From positions 96,300-160,299 of the forward strand of contig CALGMR010000001.1 of the NCBI GenBank assembly GCA_937958815.1: DNA of 64,000 nt, given 5' to 3'. Shown piece after piece: positions 40,636-52,888 of this stretch. Every line of letters begins with the position of its first letter. Within the stretch, counting starts at the first letter, position 1. A program made the position numbers and the translations under genes. The notes under the pieces were generated by a model, which was not told where the DNA came from, made no database searches, and worked only from the letters and a program-made list of their open reading frames with translations. Source of the DNA: an uncultured Rhizobiaceae group bacterium (GTDB taxonomy: Bacteria > Pseudomonadota > Alphaproteobacteria > Rhizobiales > Rhizobiaceae).

Positions 40636-41967
40636 TTAAAAGCTCTCTTTCAGCCAGCGACCCATTCTTGCGAATGTTCCACCGCCTGCACTTGAAAACA
40701 GGGTTGAAGTTGATGATGCGCCACCGACATATTCAGTGTGTGAAATTTGCGGATAAATCAGCAATCCTGCAGCAGCAGAAAACGCTGGGCCCTTGGCGGT
40801 TTTTGGCAATCCGGCCACACCCATTGGGCGTCCAAGACGCACCGGACTTCCCAAAACGCGAGCAGCAATCTCACTGACGCCGCCTAGCTGACTGGCACCG
40901 CCCGTCAAAACCATGCGTTTTCCAACAGCTCCGGCAAAACCAGAACGGTTGATGCGGTCGCGCACAAATTCAAACGTCTCTTCAACACGCGGACTGATGA
41001 TCTGCGACAATTGTCCAACTGAAATTTGCGAACCAAGAGCATTCGGATCACCACCGACGGGCGAGACCGTTAGCAATTCTTCATCGTTGAAGCGGCTCGG
41101 GCTCGCAGAACCATAAAGCACTTTCATCCGCTCCGCTTCAGAAACGGGTGTAGAAAGTACGCGTGCAATGTCCATAGTCACATGACCACCGCCCACGGAG
41201 ATAGCATCAGCAAAAACCAAGTTTCCGCCGAGAAAGATGGAAACGGTCGTTGTGCCAGCGCCCATATCGATACAGGCACATCCCATGCGCGCTTCATCAT
41301 CCACCAAAGCAGCAAGACCACTTGCGTAGGGGGCTGCAACCATTGCATCGACCGACAAATGAGAACGATTGATACAGGCTTCTAAATTGCGCAAAGGTGC
41401 ATAGTCTGCACTGACCACATGCATATCAACACCAAGCTCTTCACCTGCCATCGCCAGCGGGTCGCGAATTCCGTGTTCTTTATCAAGGGAATAACCGATT
41501 GGCAGCGCGTGCAACGGAATACGTTGATCTTCCAAAGCATGCTCGTAACCAGCAGCAAGAACCGCCTTTACATCGGAAGCTTCCGCCTCTCGCCCACCCA
41601 ATACGACGCTTGAAGAGAAAGTATCACTTCCAATGCGGCCAGCCGATGCAGAAACAATCAAAGAATCTACAGTCACACCAGCAGAACGCTCCGCTCCATC
41701 AACAGCTAGGCGCAGAGCGCGCTCTGCCAAGTCCATATCGACCACAACACCGGATTTAATACCCTGCGAACGCTGATGCCCGAAACCCAAAACCTCCACA
41801 TTGTGCGAACGCCCTGGCAAGACAGAAGACTCATCACGCGGCGTCAAACGCGCAACCATGCAGCAAATCTTTGAAGACCCGACATCAATAACAGAAAGCG
41901 TCGTCGCGCGAGATGTGGACAATTTTCCCAAATGCGCAATATCGGATGAAGAACGAAACAGGCTCAC
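40636..41967 (-). CDS. ftsA: cell division protein FtsA
   Basis: 443 aa with an actin-like ATPase fold (IDVGSSKICCMV, DMGAGTTTVSIF). It lies between ftsQ and ftsZ. Confidence 0.96.
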   Translation of the reverse strand: MSLFRSSSDIAHLGKLSTSRATTLSVIDVGSSKICCMVARLTPRDESSVLPGRSHNVEVLGFGHQRSQGIKSGVVVDMDLAERALRLAVDGAERSAGVTVDSLIVSASAGRIGSDTFSSSVVLGGREAEASDVKAVLAAGYEHALEDQRIPLHALPIGYSLDKEHGIRDPLAMAGEELGVDMHVVSADYAPLRNLEACINRSHLSVDAMVAAPYASGLAALVDDEARMGCACIDMGAGTTTVSIFLGGNLVFADAISVGGGHVTMDIARVLSTPVSEAERMKVLYGSASPSRFNDEELLTVSPVGGDPNALGSQISVGQLSQIISPRVEETFEFVRDRINRSGFAGAVGKRMVLTGGASQLGGVSEIAARVLGSPVRLGRPMGVAGLPKTAKGPAFSAAAGLLIYPQISHTEYVGGASSTSTLFSSAGGGTFARMGRWLKESF

Positions 41968-42911
41968 AGTTTACGGTCCGCCTTTTTCATAGCTTTCAAA
42001 CGCGCTGAAACCAATTCTGAACGCGTTTTGGCAGCCTCAGCTTCCAACCTAAAAACAACCCGGTCGGAATGACGCAAATCAACGACAGAAATCTCACGCT
42101 CGAGAAGCTGACTCTCTTCTTCGAGCAAAATTAAACGCTCAAGAGCTGAACCAGCATCCTTTTCTGGGAGCTTGACCAAGAGGCCATTGGACAATTGAAT
42201 ATCCCAACGACGATCCCCCACACGCACATATGTTTCCACACGCCCTGCAATTTCTGGATAGCGGGCAGCCAGTGGCAAAATCTCTCTGGCCGACTCCGCC
42301 GCGCCCTCGCCCACCAGATGCGGCAAATGGGAGAAACGATTGTTCAACAAATCAGCGATGCCAAACTTGGCAATCTGAGCGCCAGTCTTTTCAACAACAG
42401 TCAGCCGATCCTTATGCTGCCAAACCGCCATTGCACGCTTTTCAGCCAAAGAAACCTGCAATTTCCCGGGATACAACTTACGGATCGCAACATCACGAAC
42501 CCATGGCAAAGCCAAAACGCGCTCTCGCGCATCGCTGACGTCAAATCCAACCAGAGAAAGCACTGCACCATTTGAAAGCGCTGAAAAAACGTCCTGCTCT
42601 TTGGTTTCCACCTGACCTGAAATGACAATATCAGTTGCTGTCAGACCAATGGTTGCCGCAGCACCTGACATAATAGCAGGACCAGCACCACCACTCACAG
42701 CACCAAAAACCCATCCAGATGCGATGAACAGAACAGCAGCAATACTGCCCTGCCCTGAACGTAAGCTTGGCAAAAGATCTACAAATTTGGAAAACCGGCG
42801 ACTGCGGCTGCGACGCGGATGCGCAGCAGACACCTCACCAGCAAAGCGAAGCTTTCTAAACAGACTGGTTATCCCGCTTAGCGACGACAACTCGCGTCCT
42901 CCACAATCCAA
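41964..42911 (-). CDS. ftsQ: cell division protein FtsQ
   Basis: One TM helix is followed by POTRA and FtsQ domains ([23 protein letters not shown]). The stop overlaps the ftsA start. The TTG start at 42911 is uncertain. Confidence 0.88.
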   Translation of the reverse strand: MDCGGRELSSLSGITSLFRKLRFAGEVSAAHPRRSRSRRFSKFVDLLPSLRSGQGSIAAVLFIASGWVFGAVSGGAGPAIMSGAAATIGLTATDIVISGQVETKEQDVFSALSNGAVLSLVGFDVSDARERVLALPWVRDVAIRKLYPGKLQVSLAEKRAMAVWQHKDRLTVVEKTGAQIAKFGIADLLNNRFSHLPHLVGEGAAESAREILPLAARYPEIAGRVETYVRVGDRRWDIQLSNGLLVKLPEKDAGSALERLILLEEESQLLEREISVVDLRHSDRVVFRLEAEAAKTRSELVSARLKAMKKADRKL

Positions 42912-43798
42912 GTTAACAACTCACCAAAAGAGTGCCCCGCATGCTGGGCCAATTCTGGCAACAATGATGTGGGAGTCATGCCAGGCTGAGTATTCACTTC
43001 CAGCCAGATCAATTCGCCCGTCCCGTTTACGCGGTCGTCCAATCGAAAGTCTGAGCGGGTTACACCTCGACAGCCGATAGCCTTATGCGCCTTCAAAGAC
43101 AGTGTTTGAATTTCTTGGTAAACATTTGGTAAAATATCTGCCGGAAGGACATGTTTTGACCCTCCTTCTGCATATTTCGCGTTATAATCGTACCATCCGC
43201 CGTCTGCAGCTTGAATTTCGGTCACTCCCAGCGCCACATCACCCATCACTGCACAGGTCAATTCGCGACCGTGAACGAATCGCTCCACCATCACCGTGTC
43301 GCCGTACGGCCACTCGTCCGAATACAATTCCTGTGGCGGCGTGGAATGATCTTCCCCGACGATCAACACACCAAAACTCGACCCTTCGTTGACCGGCTTA
43401 ATCACATAAGGAGGTTTCATCACATGCTTGGGCGCGGCATCCAGTCGATGCATGACCTGCGCCTCAGCAACAGGAATACCGGCGCGGCGCGCAACCGTCT
43501 TTGCGCGCTCTTTGTCCATCGCCAATGCAGACGCCATCACACCCGAATGGGTGTAAGGAATATCCAGATATTCTAAGATACCTTGAATGGCGCCATCTTC
43601 ACCATACGGCCCGTGCAATCCGTTGAAGACCACATCAGGCTTCAAGTTTTCGAGCGTTGACGAAATACTGCGATCCACATCAACGCGCGTAACTTTGAAT
43701 CCGGAAGCCTCTAATTCGGAAGCACAAGCTTCGCCGGTAGACAGTGAAACAGGCCTTTCAGACGACCACCCGCCCATAAGGACAGCGACATGCACCAT
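42878..43798 (-). CDS. ddl: D-alanine--D-alanine ligase
   Basis: 306 aa with an ATP-grasp fold. Motifs include [23 protein letters not shown] and EVNTQPGMT. Confidence 0.96.
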   Translation of the reverse strand: MVHVAVLMGGWSSERPVSLSTGEACASELEASGFKVTRVDVDRSISSTLENLKPDVVFNGLHGPYGEDGAIQGILEYLDIPYTHSGVMASALAMDKERAKTVARRAGIPVAEAQVMHRLDAAPKHVMKPPYVIKPVNEGSSFGVLIVGEDHSTPPQELYSDEWPYGDTVMVERFVHGRELTCAVMGDVALGVTEIQAADGGWYDYNAKYAEGGSKHVLPADILPNVYQEIQTLSLKAHKAIGCRGVTRSDFRLDDRVNGTGELIWLEVNTQPGMTPTSLLPELAQHAGHSFGELLTWIVEDASCRR

Positions 43799-44176
43799 TG
43801 AACTACCTCTTCCCCCGAAGATCCCTACTAAAACTCAGGTGAATCACAGGTGCGACAAGCTGACAAGCGGCATTCACACAATGGTTTAAGCGGCCTTTGA
43901 ATCAGCAAATGAAGAAGATTCCCGTAAGAGACTCAAAAGACTCATGAAATATCCACTCAACGAAATGAAAGTTTTTTTCGCAGCATATGCGAACCACTGT
44001 CGTCATTTGAACTCAGCACCACACAAATCGTACAAACCGACGAATCAAGTTTGCCAAACCTAAGAGGTCAGTCAGATTGAAAACGCGCTTCGCGCTGCAA
44101 TTGGTTGTCATTTTTAAGCGAACAGGTTTATGGATAAAACTGTTCGGAAAACCTCTGGGCACATCTTTTGAGATGA

Positions 44177-45124
44177 TTGAAAACCGTTCGGCGCATTGCG
44201 CGTTGTGAACCTGCCCGCATCGAGATCACGTATTTGAAAATCCAACAAAACGCCAAAGGCATTTTGATCATGATTTTGTCCATGGTCGCATTTGCTTTGG
44301 CAGACACATTGGTGAAGGTCACATCCAGCGTCGCATCATCAGCACAAATTATGTTCTTTTTGATCGGTGGTGGCCTCATCTTATTTGGCTTGATTGCAAA
44401 AATTCAGGGCCACAGCCTCGTCAACAAGGACGCGTTCGCCCCTGTTTTATTGCTCCGCTACGCATCCGAAATCATCGGAATGGTCGGCATGGTGATTGCG
44501 TTGTCAAAAGTGCCGTTGGCAACAGTTGGCGCCATCACCCAAGCCACCCCGCTTTTAGTAGTGATTGGCGCGGTCATTTTTCTTAAGGAAAAGGTCAGTT
44601 GGCGTCGATGGAGCGCCATCGCATTCGGCTTTCTTGGCGTGTTGCTTATCGTACAGCCGGGCACGAGCGATTTTGATCTTTCTGTTTTGTGGGCCATTTT
44701 GGCAATGGTAGCTCTTTCTGTTCGCGATCTCACAACCCGCCTCACCCCGCCCAACATGGCTTCGACCAGCCTTGCAACTTTCACCATGATCGCAACAATT
44801 CCATTTCCTATTTTGTGGGTGCTGTACAATGGGGATAGTTTCTTCCCAACAACCGTGAATTGGTGGCTGGTGCTGCTGATGATTGCCCTCGGCTCTTCAG
44901 GCTACATGCTTCTCATCACGAGCATACGCATGGCCGAAGTGTCTGTTGTTACGCCGTTCCGTTACTCACGAATTCTGTTTTTGCTGATCTTGGGAATTGT
45001 TGTTTTTGACGAAAAACCCAACGCACTGGTGCTTGCGGGTGCAGCCCTCATCATTGCATCGGGTGTCTATATGATGTGGCGTGAACAGCAGATCAAAAAA
45101 GCTGAATCTCGAAACACCCGTTAG
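44177..45124 (+). CDS. DMT-superfamily (EamA-like) transporter
   Basis: About 10 TM helices in two EamA repeats. It is transcribed opposite to the dcw genes around it. The start is uncertain (TTG 44177). Confidence 0.8.
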   Translation: MKTVRRIARCEPARIEITYLKIQQNAKGILIMILSMVAFALADTLVKVTSSVASSAQIMFFLIGGGLILFGLIAKIQGHSLVNKDAFAPVLLLRYASEIIGMVGMVIALSKVPLATVGAITQATPLLVVIGAVIFLKEKVSWRRWSAIAFGFLGVLLIVQPGTSDFDLSVLWAILAMVALSVRDLTTRLTPPNMASTSLATFTMIATIPFPILWVLYNGDSFFPTTVNWWLVLLMIALGSSGYMLLITSIRMAEVSVVTPFRYSRILFLLILGIVVFDEKPNALVLAGAALIIASGVYMMWREQQIKKAESRNTR

Positions 45125-45132
45125 GCCGCACA

Positions 45133-45510
45133 TCAGTTCCAATCGACGTGTTGGCCCTCAATCAGTTTGAAAGGCTGGGGCTCTAGACCGCTGCTTGTCC
45201 AGAACAGTTGTTCGCCATCGCGGATCACACCGTAGCCAGCCCATCCCGCACGCTCCCACCAGCTTTCATACTTGTTGGTTTGTTCGTTCACGCGCCATTT
45301 TCCAACGGTTTTGCGTGCGCCCCGTTGCGAATAAGTTGTTGATCCGCTCGTGCTGAAATACTGCCTGTATTCATCACCCGACCATGTGCCTTCAATCGAA
45401 TTTCCGGACAACATGGTTTTAATCTCGGCCGCAGTGACAGCAGTTGGTTCCGCACAAACCGAACTCATCATCAATACAGAGGTGCTGAGAGCAATTGCAG
45501 TTTTCAACAT
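45133..45510 (-). CDS. DUF995-like secreted protein
   Basis: 125 aa. Signal peptide MLKTAIALSTSVLMMSSVCA, followed by LSGNSIEGTW...GKWRV...WW, as in DUF995 proteins. Confidence 0.6.
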   Translation of the reverse strand: MLKTAIALSTSVLMMSSVCAEPTAVTAAEIKTMLSGNSIEGTWSGDEYRQYFSTSGSTTYSQRGARKTVGKWRVNEQTNKYESWWERAGWAGYGVIRDGEQLFWTSSGLEPQPFKLIEGQHVDWN

Positions 45511-45608
45511 GGTAGACGGCCCAAAGTGAGAGACTGGAAAAAGGCTAATCCGGGCAGCGCCGCCGAGCCAGTTAAATTTCCGTGATGGAAATGGCCAACA
45601 ACTGCGCT

Positions 45609-46556
45609 TTAGGGTTTGAACGTCTCAACTTCCTTGCCACTTTCAAAACGACCGAGACGCTTGATTTCCCACTCAAGAAGAATGCCTGAATTCTCATAGA
45701 CTTTACGGCGAACAGTTTCGCCAAGGGTTTCAAGATCGTGTCCTGTTGCACCGCCCGTATTGATCATGAAGTTGCAGTGCATTTCACTCATTTGGGCCGC
45801 GCCCACCATGTGGCCACGCAAGCCTGCTTCATCCACCAGTTTCCAGCTGGAATGTGGCAATGGGTTTTTGAACGTTGAACCGCCCGTTTTTTCTCGAATG
45901 GGTTGAACCGTTTCACGATGGTGCTGAACTTCATCCATCGCCTTTTGAATATCAGCCTTATCAGCTGGTTCACCTTCAAAAACAGCCGATGTGAAAATCA
46001 GATCTTTTGAGGTGCCACTGTGGCGGTAGGAGTACCCCATATCAGCGTGGCTCAATATATGTTTGTTGCCCCGACGATCCAACGCATGAACTTCAACAAC
46101 ACGGTCCGTTGTTTCCGTACCATTGGCACCAGCATTCATTCGCAAAGCGCCGCCAATAGCGCCAGGGATGCCGTGATAAAATGCAAAACCACCCAACCCA
46201 GCTTCCAAAGCTGCCACTGCCAAGCGTTTGTCTGGAGTTGCCGCACCTGCCTGCAACCGAGTTTCGGAAACAGTTTCAACTTGCCCAAACCCTTTGCCTG
46301 ACAAGCGAATAACAACACCTTCAATGCCGCCATCGCGCACCAGCAAATTGGATCCAATGCCCACCACGAGAACTGGCACATCTTGCGGCAATATTTTCAA
46401 AAACGCAGCCAGATCGTCTTCATCTGCGGGTGAAAACAAGAGGTCTGCAGGGCCACCAGCCTGAAACCAAGTGATCTTTGACATCAACGCATCAGGCGTG
46501 AGCCGCCCGCGAATGTTGGAAACGTCGAGACGTTCTAAAAGAGCTGTTCCACTCAT
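45609..46556 (-). CDS. murB: UDP-N-acetylenolpyruvoylglucosamine reductase
   Basis: 315 aa with an FAD-binding PCMH domain ([13 protein letters not shown]) and a MurB C-terminal domain (GSTFKNP). Confidence 0.96.
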   Translation of the reverse strand: MSGTALLERLDVSNIRGRLTPDALMSKITWFQAGGPADLLFSPADEDDLAAFLKILPQDVPVLVVGIGSNLLVRDGGIEGVVIRLSGKGFGQVETVSETRLQAGAATPDKRLAVAALEAGLGGFAFYHGIPGAIGGALRMNAGANGTETTDRVVEVHALDRRGNKHILSHADMGYSYRHSGTSKDLIFTSAVFEGEPADKADIQKAMDEVQHHRETVQPIREKTGGSTFKNPLPHSSWKLVDEAGLRGHMVGAAQMSEMHCNFMINTGGATGHDLETLGETVRRKVYENSGILLEWEIKRLGRFESGKEVETFKP

Positions 46557-47968
46557 TTCAGCTTTGCCAATTCATCAGGCAAAGCGTGTGCCCAAGCCGT
46601 GATATTGCCCGCGCCGAGAAAGACAACAAAATCTCCGTCTTCAGCCACATCAGCAATCATGGGTGCAATATCTTCCGGCCCCGAAATGACACGCACATCG
46701 CGGTGTCCGCCGGACTTCATATTGCTGGCCAGAGTTTCGTGGTTGATGCCCTCAATTGGTTTTTCGCCAGCTTCATAAACAGGTGCAAGCAAAACCGTTT
46801 GCGCATCATTGAAACACGCTCCAAATTCGTCGAACAGGCTTTCAAGGCGCGTATAACGATGCGGCTGTTTGATCGCGATCACCTTGCCTTTGCCAGCGGA
46901 CTTTACGGAGGTGCGCGCGGCTTTCAACACCGCTGAAATTTCAACGGGATGGTGCGCATAATCATCGAAAATCTCGACGCCATTCCAAGACCCCGTATGG
47001 GTGAAGCGACGCTTCACGCCTTTAAACGCAAGCAGGCCTTCTCGAATTTTTTCTTCGCCCACACCCAATTCATGAGCAACCGCAATTGCAGCCGTTGCAT
47101 TTGACACATTGTGAATACCAGGCATCGGCAAAACGAGACCTGTCATCTCACTGGTTTCGCCTGTTTTACGATCGCGAATAACCACATCGAATTTTGATGT
47201 AGCGCCTTCCGCTTCCACCCGCGCAAAACGCACATCTGCTTGCGGATTGTTTCCGTAAGTGACCAAGCGACGGTCTTCAATCCGACCGCGCAGAGCCTGC
47301 ACTTCAGGGTGGTCGATGCACACAACACCAAAACCGTAAAACGGCAAATTCTCGATAAACGTTTTGAACGCTTCTTTGGCGTTGTCGAACGTTTTGTAAT
47401 GATCAAGATGTTCAGGGTCGATATTGGTGATGATCGCCACATCGGCTGGAAGGCGCAAGAACGATCCGTCACTTTCATCAGCCTCTGCCACAAGCCAATC
47501 GCCCTCGCCCATTTTGGCATTCGTGCCATAGGCATTCAAAATACCACCATTGATGATGGTTGGGTCGAGGCCCCCATAGTCAAGCAAAGTGCCGACCATG
47601 GATGTGGTGGTGGTTTTGCCGTGGGTTCCGCCAACAGCCACAGACTGTTTGAACCGCATGAGTTCTGCCAGCATTTCAGCACGGCGCACAATCGGTAAAT
47701 GGCGCTCTTTGGCTTCCATGCGTTCAGGGTTGTCATGCTGAATGGCAGTGGACGTCACAACCACGGCACTTTCGCCAAGGTTTTCAGCTTTGTGTCCAAC
47801 ATGAACCGTGATGCCCTTTTCGCGCAAGCGCTGGACATTTGCACCGTCCGCAGCATCAGACCCCTGAACTTTGTGTCCAAGATTGTGCAGCACTTCAGCA
47901 ATCGCGCTCATACCAATACCGCCGATACCGATAAAGTGTATCAGGCCAATGTCGTCTGACATACGCAT
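46553..47968 (-). CDS. murC: UDP-N-acetylmuramate--L-alanine ligase
   Basis: 471 aa with [11 protein letters not shown] and GTHGKTTTT motifs. It overlaps the murB start by 4 nt. Confidence 0.97.
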   Translation of the reverse strand: MRMSDDIGLIHFIGIGGIGMSAIAEVLHNLGHKVQGSDAADGANVQRLREKGITVHVGHKAENLGESAVVVTSTAIQHDNPERMEAKERHLPIVRRAEMLAELMRFKQSVAVGGTHGKTTTTSMVGTLLDYGGLDPTIINGGILNAYGTNAKMGEGDWLVAEADESDGSFLRLPADVAIITNIDPEHLDHYKTFDNAKEAFKTFIENLPFYGFGVVCIDHPEVQALRGRIEDRRLVTYGNNPQADVRFARVEAEGATSKFDVVIRDRKTGETSEMTGLVLPMPGIHNVSNATAAIAVAHELGVGEEKIREGLLAFKGVKRRFTHTGSWNGVEIFDDYAHHPVEISAVLKAARTSVKSAGKGKVIAIKQPHRYTRLESLFDEFGACFNDAQTVLLAPVYEAGEKPIEGINHETLASNMKSGGHRDVRVISGPEDIAPMIADVAEDGDFVVFLGAGNITAWAHALPDELAKLK

Positions 47969-47989
47969 GTAATTGTTCCCTGTATCGTT

Positions 47990-49135
47990 CTACTTGTGTC
48001 GCGGTGGACCTTTGCTAGCCATTCCAGCGCCCAAGTAACTCTTTTCAGCAACGGCGGCAACCAAATCTGCCAATTGTTGCGTTGCTCTTGGTTTGCTGGT
48101 CATAGCAGCAGCATGGGCTTGTTTTTTCAATTTTTCAGGCTGCCCCATCGCCAACGCTAGATGCTCCGCTAAAACAGGCGCCGTCAGCTCGGCTTGCGGC
48201 ACAACAGTTCCCCCGCCACGCTCAACCAATTCAGCTGCGTTGGCCGCTTGATCGTGATCAAGCGCGTAGGGGTAAGGCACCAAAATAGACGGTCGCCCCA
48301 TCGCCGCTATTTCAGACACTGTAGATGCACCAGCACGAGAAACAACGAGATGAGCTTGCTCTAACCGTTTGCCCATTCCATCAAAGAAAGGAGCCACTTC
48401 TGCAGAAACACCATTGGCCGCCAACAGCGTCTTCACCTGTTCAACTTGTTCAGCGCGAGCTTGCAGGGTCAAGCGAACGCGTTTGCGCAATTCTTCGGGC
48501 AACAGCACAATCGCTTTTGGAACCGTTTCACCGAAATACTGCGCACCCTGAGAACCGCCAACCACCAAAAGGTTAAACGGGTCTTGGTCGACAGATTTTT
48601 CGTAGGGCACCTCAGATTGATCAAGACGTTTTGCAATTTTCAAAACTTCTTCTCGCAAGGGGTTTCCCGTTATCACCGTATCTGGCGGCAGACTTTCGCT
48701 TGAAAAACCGGCGGCGACGGCAACGGCTTTCTTGGCCAAAAATTTATTGGCACGACCAAGCACTGCATTCTGCTCATGAAGCACGGTTGGCAGGCCCATT
48801 CTTTGCGCAGCAACCATTGGCGGCATGCTCGGATAACCGCCAAAACCAATAGCCACATCAATGCCGAGCTTTTTGATCAATGTCTTGGAAGCACTGTACC
48901 CCTTAAACAGGGTCAAAGCAGATTTCGCGACCGCAACAGGATTTTTCGACCCAAAGGTTGCCGATGCGATCACATGCAGGCCATCGATCTGAAATTTTTC
49001 TGAATAACGTGTGCCGCGTTCATCTGTTGCCAGATGCACGTTCCAGCCGCGATTTTTCAATTCTTGTGCCAACGCCTGAGCGGGAAACAGGTGCCCGCCA
49101 GTTCCACCCGCGCAAAGAAGTGCCGTTTTTGTCAT
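47990..49135 (-). CDS. murG: undecaprenyldiphospho-muramoylpentapeptide beta-N-acetylglucosaminyltransferase
   Basis: 381 aa, GT28 family. The N-terminus has GGTGGHLFPAQALA and the protein carries a C-terminal glycosyltransferase domain. Confidence 0.97.
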   Translation of the reverse strand: MTKTALLCAGGTGGHLFPAQALAQELKNRGWNVHLATDERGTRYSEKFQIDGLHVIASATFGSKNPVAVAKSALTLFKGYSASKTLIKKLGIDVAIGFGGYPSMPPMVAAQRMGLPTVLHEQNAVLGRANKFLAKKAVAVAAGFSSESLPPDTVITGNPLREEVLKIAKRLDQSEVPYEKSVDQDPFNLLVVGGSQGAQYFGETVPKAIVLLPEELRKRVRLTLQARAEQVEQVKTLLAANGVSAEVAPFFDGMGKRLEQAHLVVSRAGASTVSEIAAMGRPSILVPYPYALDHDQAANAAELVERGGGTVVPQAELTAPVLAEHLALAMGQPEKLKKQAHAAAMTSKPRATQQLADLVAAVAEKSYLGAGMASKGPPRHK

Positions 49136-49139
49136 TCAA

Positions 49140-50309
49140 TCAGGCCCCTGCTGGAACAGCAGTGCTGTGCCCCATGGGGCGAATGCGCACTTCTGGGCGA
49201 CGATAGGAATCCGCACGCTTGCGTGTCAATGCCAGCACCAAGCCCATGCCAAGTGCCACAGCAATGAGAGACGAGCCACCATAAGAAATGAAGGGCAATG
49301 TCATACCTTTGGCGGGTATCAAACGCAGGTTCACACACATGTTGATCATCGCTTGAAAACCGAACTGCAGGACAAGACCAGACACTGCAAGTTGCACAAA
49401 ACGGTCATGTTCTTTGAGCCCATGAGCCAGACCACGGATCACAACGAATGCAAAAGAAGCCACGAGCACCATCACCAGCGCAATGCCAAACTCTTCCGCG
49501 GCGACAGAAAAGATAAAATCCGTGTGGCTGTCTGGCAGGCCAAATTTCACTTGGCCTTCACCCGGGCCACGCCCCAACCAACCACCATTGGTGATCGCTT
49601 CTAAGCCGCGATCAACCTGAAAGTTATCACCTGTGCCAGTCACAAATCGGTCAATCCGTTCACTCACATGGCTGATGGTCAGATAAGCAGCTCCAAGACC
49701 AACCACACCCAAGCCACCAAGAACAGCAATCCAAATCCAAGGCATTCCGGCCATAAAGAACATGGAACCCCAAACCAAAGCCAGAAGCACAGTTTGCCCA
49801 AAGTCAGGTTGCGTCACCAAAAGCGCGGCACACAGGCCAAACAGCGCGATGGCAAATAGATTGCAAGGAATATCAGGACGTTTGGCGCTTTCAGCAAACA
49901 ACCAAGCGGTAATGACCACGAATGCAGGTTTTAAAAATTCTGACGGCTGCAGCAAAAACGGGCCGATTGCCAACCAGCGCGTGGCGCCTTTTGCAGAATA
50001 GCCAATGAATGGCAAAGCAATCAGCGCCAACAACGCGCCGCCCAACAATAGGAACGAAACCCGCCTCACCTGCTTCAAATTCATGAAGGACGTTCCAATC
50101 AAAACGATGATTGCAGGAACAATGAAAAAGGCGTGGCGTTTCACAAAGTGAAAACTGTCATCAATGCGCAAGCGCGGTGTCACTGAAGGGCTTGCTGACA
50201 AGGATAATAGAAACCCACAGGCCAACAGCATCAATGCTGCTGCCAAAAGCAGTTTATCGACAGTCCACCACCAGTCCGAGACCGGGCTTTTGCGCGCGCG
50301 TGACATCAT
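49140..50309 (-). CDS. ftsW: SEDS-family peptidoglycan glycosyltransferase FtsW
   Basis: 389 aa and polytopic. SEDS motifs ([31 protein letters not shown]) are present and it sits in the dcw position of ftsW. Confidence 0.95.
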   Translation of the reverse strand: MMSRARKSPVSDWWWTVDKLLLAAALMLLACGFLLSLSASPSVTPRLRIDDSFHFVKRHAFFIVPAIIVLIGTSFMNLKQVRRVSFLLLGGALLALIALPFIGYSAKGATRWLAIGPFLLQPSEFLKPAFVVITAWLFAESAKRPDIPCNLFAIALFGLCAALLVTQPDFGQTVLLALVWGSMFFMAGMPWIWIAVLGGLGVVGLGAAYLTISHVSERIDRFVTGTGDNFQVDRGLEAITNGGWLGRGPGEGQVKFGLPDSHTDFIFSVAAEEFGIALVMVLVASFAFVVIRGLAHGLKEHDRFVQLAVSGLVLQFGFQAMINMCVNLRLIPAKGMTLPFISYGGSSLIAVALGMGLVLALTRKRADSYRRPEVRIRPMGHSTAVPAGA

Positions 50310-51709
50310 GATGTTTTCGTTCCTATCTTTTTAAATCCGTCCAGTGCCGTCACAGCCTCCTTGAAAGCTTCGCCCCGCTTCTCGAAATTCGGAAACTGGT
50401 CAAAACTCGCCGCTGCTGGCGAAAGAAGCACCACTTGCTCCGCGCCATTCATTTCGCTTGCGCGAATGGCGGCATCAGAAGCTGCATGGTTAACAGCATC
50501 TTTCACTGTGCCTGAAATTTCATAAGGAATCGTATCACCCAGTTGCGCGGCGAAATTTCCTGCTGCTTCACCGATCAAATAGGCTTTGGCAACCCGTGAA
50601 AAATGCGGTGCAAGAGAGCTGATCCCTCCATCTTTGGCCAGACCACCAAGAATCCAGAAGGATGTTTCAAAGCTGGAAAGCGCCGGTGCGGCCGCTTCCG
50701 CATTCGTGGCTTTGGAATCGTTGATAAACAAGACATCCCCGCAATGACCTACTTGTTCCATGCGGTGCGCAAGCCCCGGAAATGATCGGAAGCCCGCCTG
50801 AATATCTTCATCGCTCAAACCAACAGCGCGACAGGCTGCATAAGCAGAGGCAGCGTTTTGACCATTGTGCCGTCCGCGCAATGCTCCAATATCTTTCAGG
50901 CTAATCAGTTTCGCGCCAGCATCGTCTCGCAAGTGCGCTCCATCAAACCCGATCTTAGCGCCCGTATCGCTTTGGCCTGAAATTGTAACAACATCATCCA
51001 ACTGCGCGGCATAGGCTGCGCAATAATCATCATCAACACCAATCACGGCTGTGTCGCTTGCCGAGACAAGTTGAAATTTAATATTGCCGTAATTCTCCAT
51101 CGTCCCGTGACGTTCCAGATGATCCGGCGTCAGGTTCAACAACAAACCAACGGTTGGCTTCAACGAGGGTGATGTATCAATTTGATAGGACGAACACTCA
51201 ACAACGTAAGCCTGTTGTGCAGGCGTGTTGGAAACTGGATCTAGATCAAGTACGGCTCGTCCGATATTGCCACCCATCTGCACGTCGCGCCCTGCCTGTT
51301 CCAAAACGTGCGCGATCAATGCGGTGGTTGTGGATTTTCCGTTTGTGCCTGTAATGGCAATGATGGCCGCAGGACGTTCCAGACCATTCATCTCACGTGA
51401 AAACAATTCCACATCGCCGATGATCTCAACACCATTGGCCTTGGCCAAATCTACCGTCCAATGAGGCTGTGGGTGAGTGAGCGGAACACCTGGTGCCAGA
51501 ACCAAAGCATCGAACCGAGACCAATCCTCGTTGCGTAAGTTTGCAGTCGGAATATACGCAGCATCTGCCTTTGCAACACTGTTTGGATTGTCATCAAACG
51601 CCACAACATTTGCACCACCCGCAAGCAAGGCTTGCGCAGTGACCAAACCAGAACCACCCAACCCGAAGAGGGCGACCCGTTTGCCGTTGAAGACAGATAC
51701 CGCGATCAT
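50306..51709 (-). CDS. murD: UDP-N-acetylmuramoylalanine--D-glutamate ligase
   Basis: GLGGSGL Rossmann N-terminus and the GTNGKSTT P-loop. The ATG at 51709 was chosen because it lies 14 nt after the mraY stop. The ORF track start at 51781 would overlap mraY. Confidence 0.95.
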   Translation of the reverse strand: MIAVSVFNGKRVALFGLGGSGLVTAQALLAGGANVVAFDDNPNSVAKADAAYIPTANLRNEDWSRFDALVLAPGVPLTHPQPHWTVDLAKANGVEIIGDVELFSREMNGLERPAAIIAITGTNGKSTTTALIAHVLEQAGRDVQMGGNIGRAVLDLDPVSNTPAQQAYVVECSSYQIDTSPSLKPTVGLLLNLTPDHLERHGTMENYGNIKFQLVSASDTAVIGVDDDYCAAYAAQLDDVVTISGQSDTGAKIGFDGAHLRDDAGAKLISLKDIGALRGRHNGQNAASAYAACRAVGLSDEDIQAGFRSFPGLAHRMEQVGHCGDVLFINDSKATNAEAAAPALSSFETSFWILGGLAKDGGISSLAPHFSRVAKAYLIGEAAGNFAAQLGDTIPYEISGTVKDAVNHAASDAAIRASEMNGAEQVVLLSPAAASFDQFPNFEKRGEAFKEAVTALDGFKKIGTKTS

Positions 51710-51723
51710 AAATTCAAACCCGT

Positions 51724-52827
51724 CTAGCGCAATTTGAGAGTTGCAAGACCAAGCAACGCAAACATGATGGAGATAATCCAAAAGCGAATAACCACTTGGC
51801 TTTCCGTCCAGCCCAATTGCTCAAAATGGTGATGGATCGGTGCCATTTTGAAAACGCGCTTGCCTGTGAGTTTGAAAGAGCCAACCTGAATAATAACGGA
51901 CAGCGCTTCCATAACGAACAGGCCGCCAATGATCATCAAAACGATTTCGTGCTTTGTGGCCACAGCAATCGTGCCAAGCATGCCGCCCATCGCAAGAGAG
52001 CCCGTGTCTCCCATAAAGATCGCCGCAGGCGGTGCATTGAACCAGAGAAAACCAAGACCTGCACCAATGACAGCACCACAAATAATGGCGAGTTCACCAG
52101 TGCCTAAAACGAAGTGTATTTGGAGATAATCAGCAAAGACTTTGTTGCCCGAAAGATAAGCAATTGCCCCAAAAGAGGCGGCAGCGATCATCACTGGTAC
52201 AATGGCCAAGCCATCCAGTCCGTCTGTCAGGTTCACCGCATTGCCTGAAGCCACCACAACAAATGCGCCGAAGACAATGAAGAACCACCCAAGTTCCAAA
52301 AACAGAGTTTTAAAGAACGGAAACGTTAACGCGCTCGACATATCTGTGTTTGTGATCGTTGATGTCTGATCGCCCCATGTCATGATGATAAAACACGCGA
52401 AAGCAGCGACTATAAATTCCAGCAAAAGGCGCATACGCCCTGAAAACCCTTTGTCGCTGGACTTTGTGACTTTCAAAAAGTCGTCATAAAATCCAATCCC
52501 GCCAAATGCAGCGGTGACCATCAAAACGCACCAAATATAAACACTGGAAAGATCTGCCCACAAAAGTGTGGAACCGAAAATTCCGCATAAAATCATAAGA
52601 CCACCCATTGTGGGTGTTCCCGCCTTTTTGAAATGAGTTGCAGGCCCATCAGCACGAATGGGTTGCCCCTTTTTCTGACGCACACGCAAAGCACGAATAA
52701 TGGCTGGACCAAACAAAAAGACAATCAATGCGGACGTCAGCAAAGCACCACCTGTTCGAAACGTAATGTAGCGAAACACATTGAGCAGTGGAATCGTGTC
52801 ACCGAATTCAGAGAGGTAGTAGAACAT
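51724..52827 (-). CDS. mraY: phospho-N-acetylmuramoyl-pentapeptide-transferase
   Basis: Polytopic, with motifs [34 protein letters not shown] and APIHHHFE. The ATG at 52827 is preferred over the GTG at 52845. Confidence 0.96.
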   Translation of the reverse strand: MFYYLSEFGDTIPLLNVFRYITFRTGGALLTSALIVFLFGPAIIRALRVRQKKGQPIRADGPATHFKKAGTPTMGGLMILCGIFGSTLLWADLSSVYIWCVLMVTAAFGGIGFYDDFLKVTKSSDKGFSGRMRLLLEFIVAAFACFIIMTWGDQTSTITNTDMSSALTFPFFKTLFLELGWFFIVFGAFVVVASGNAVNLTDGLDGLAIVPVMIAAASFGAIAYLSGNKVFADYLQIHFVLGTGELAIICGAVIGAGLGFLWFNAPPAAIFMGDTGSLAMGGMLGTIAVATKHEIVLMIIGGLFVMEALSVIIQVGSFKLTGKRVFKMAPIHHHFEQLGWTESQVVIRFWIISIMFALLGLATLKLR

Positions 52828-52888
52828 AAAATTCTCTTTCGTCACCGATACCGCATCGGTTTTAATTCACAAATTTTGGCGTGGGATT

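Noticed and set aside
44128-44145. DnaA-box-like ttatccata (reverse strand of tatggataa) in the ddl/DMT spacer
   Set aside because: It is a single copy with one mismatch to TTATCCACA, with no cluster of boxes and no AT-rich unwinding element, so it is not an origin.
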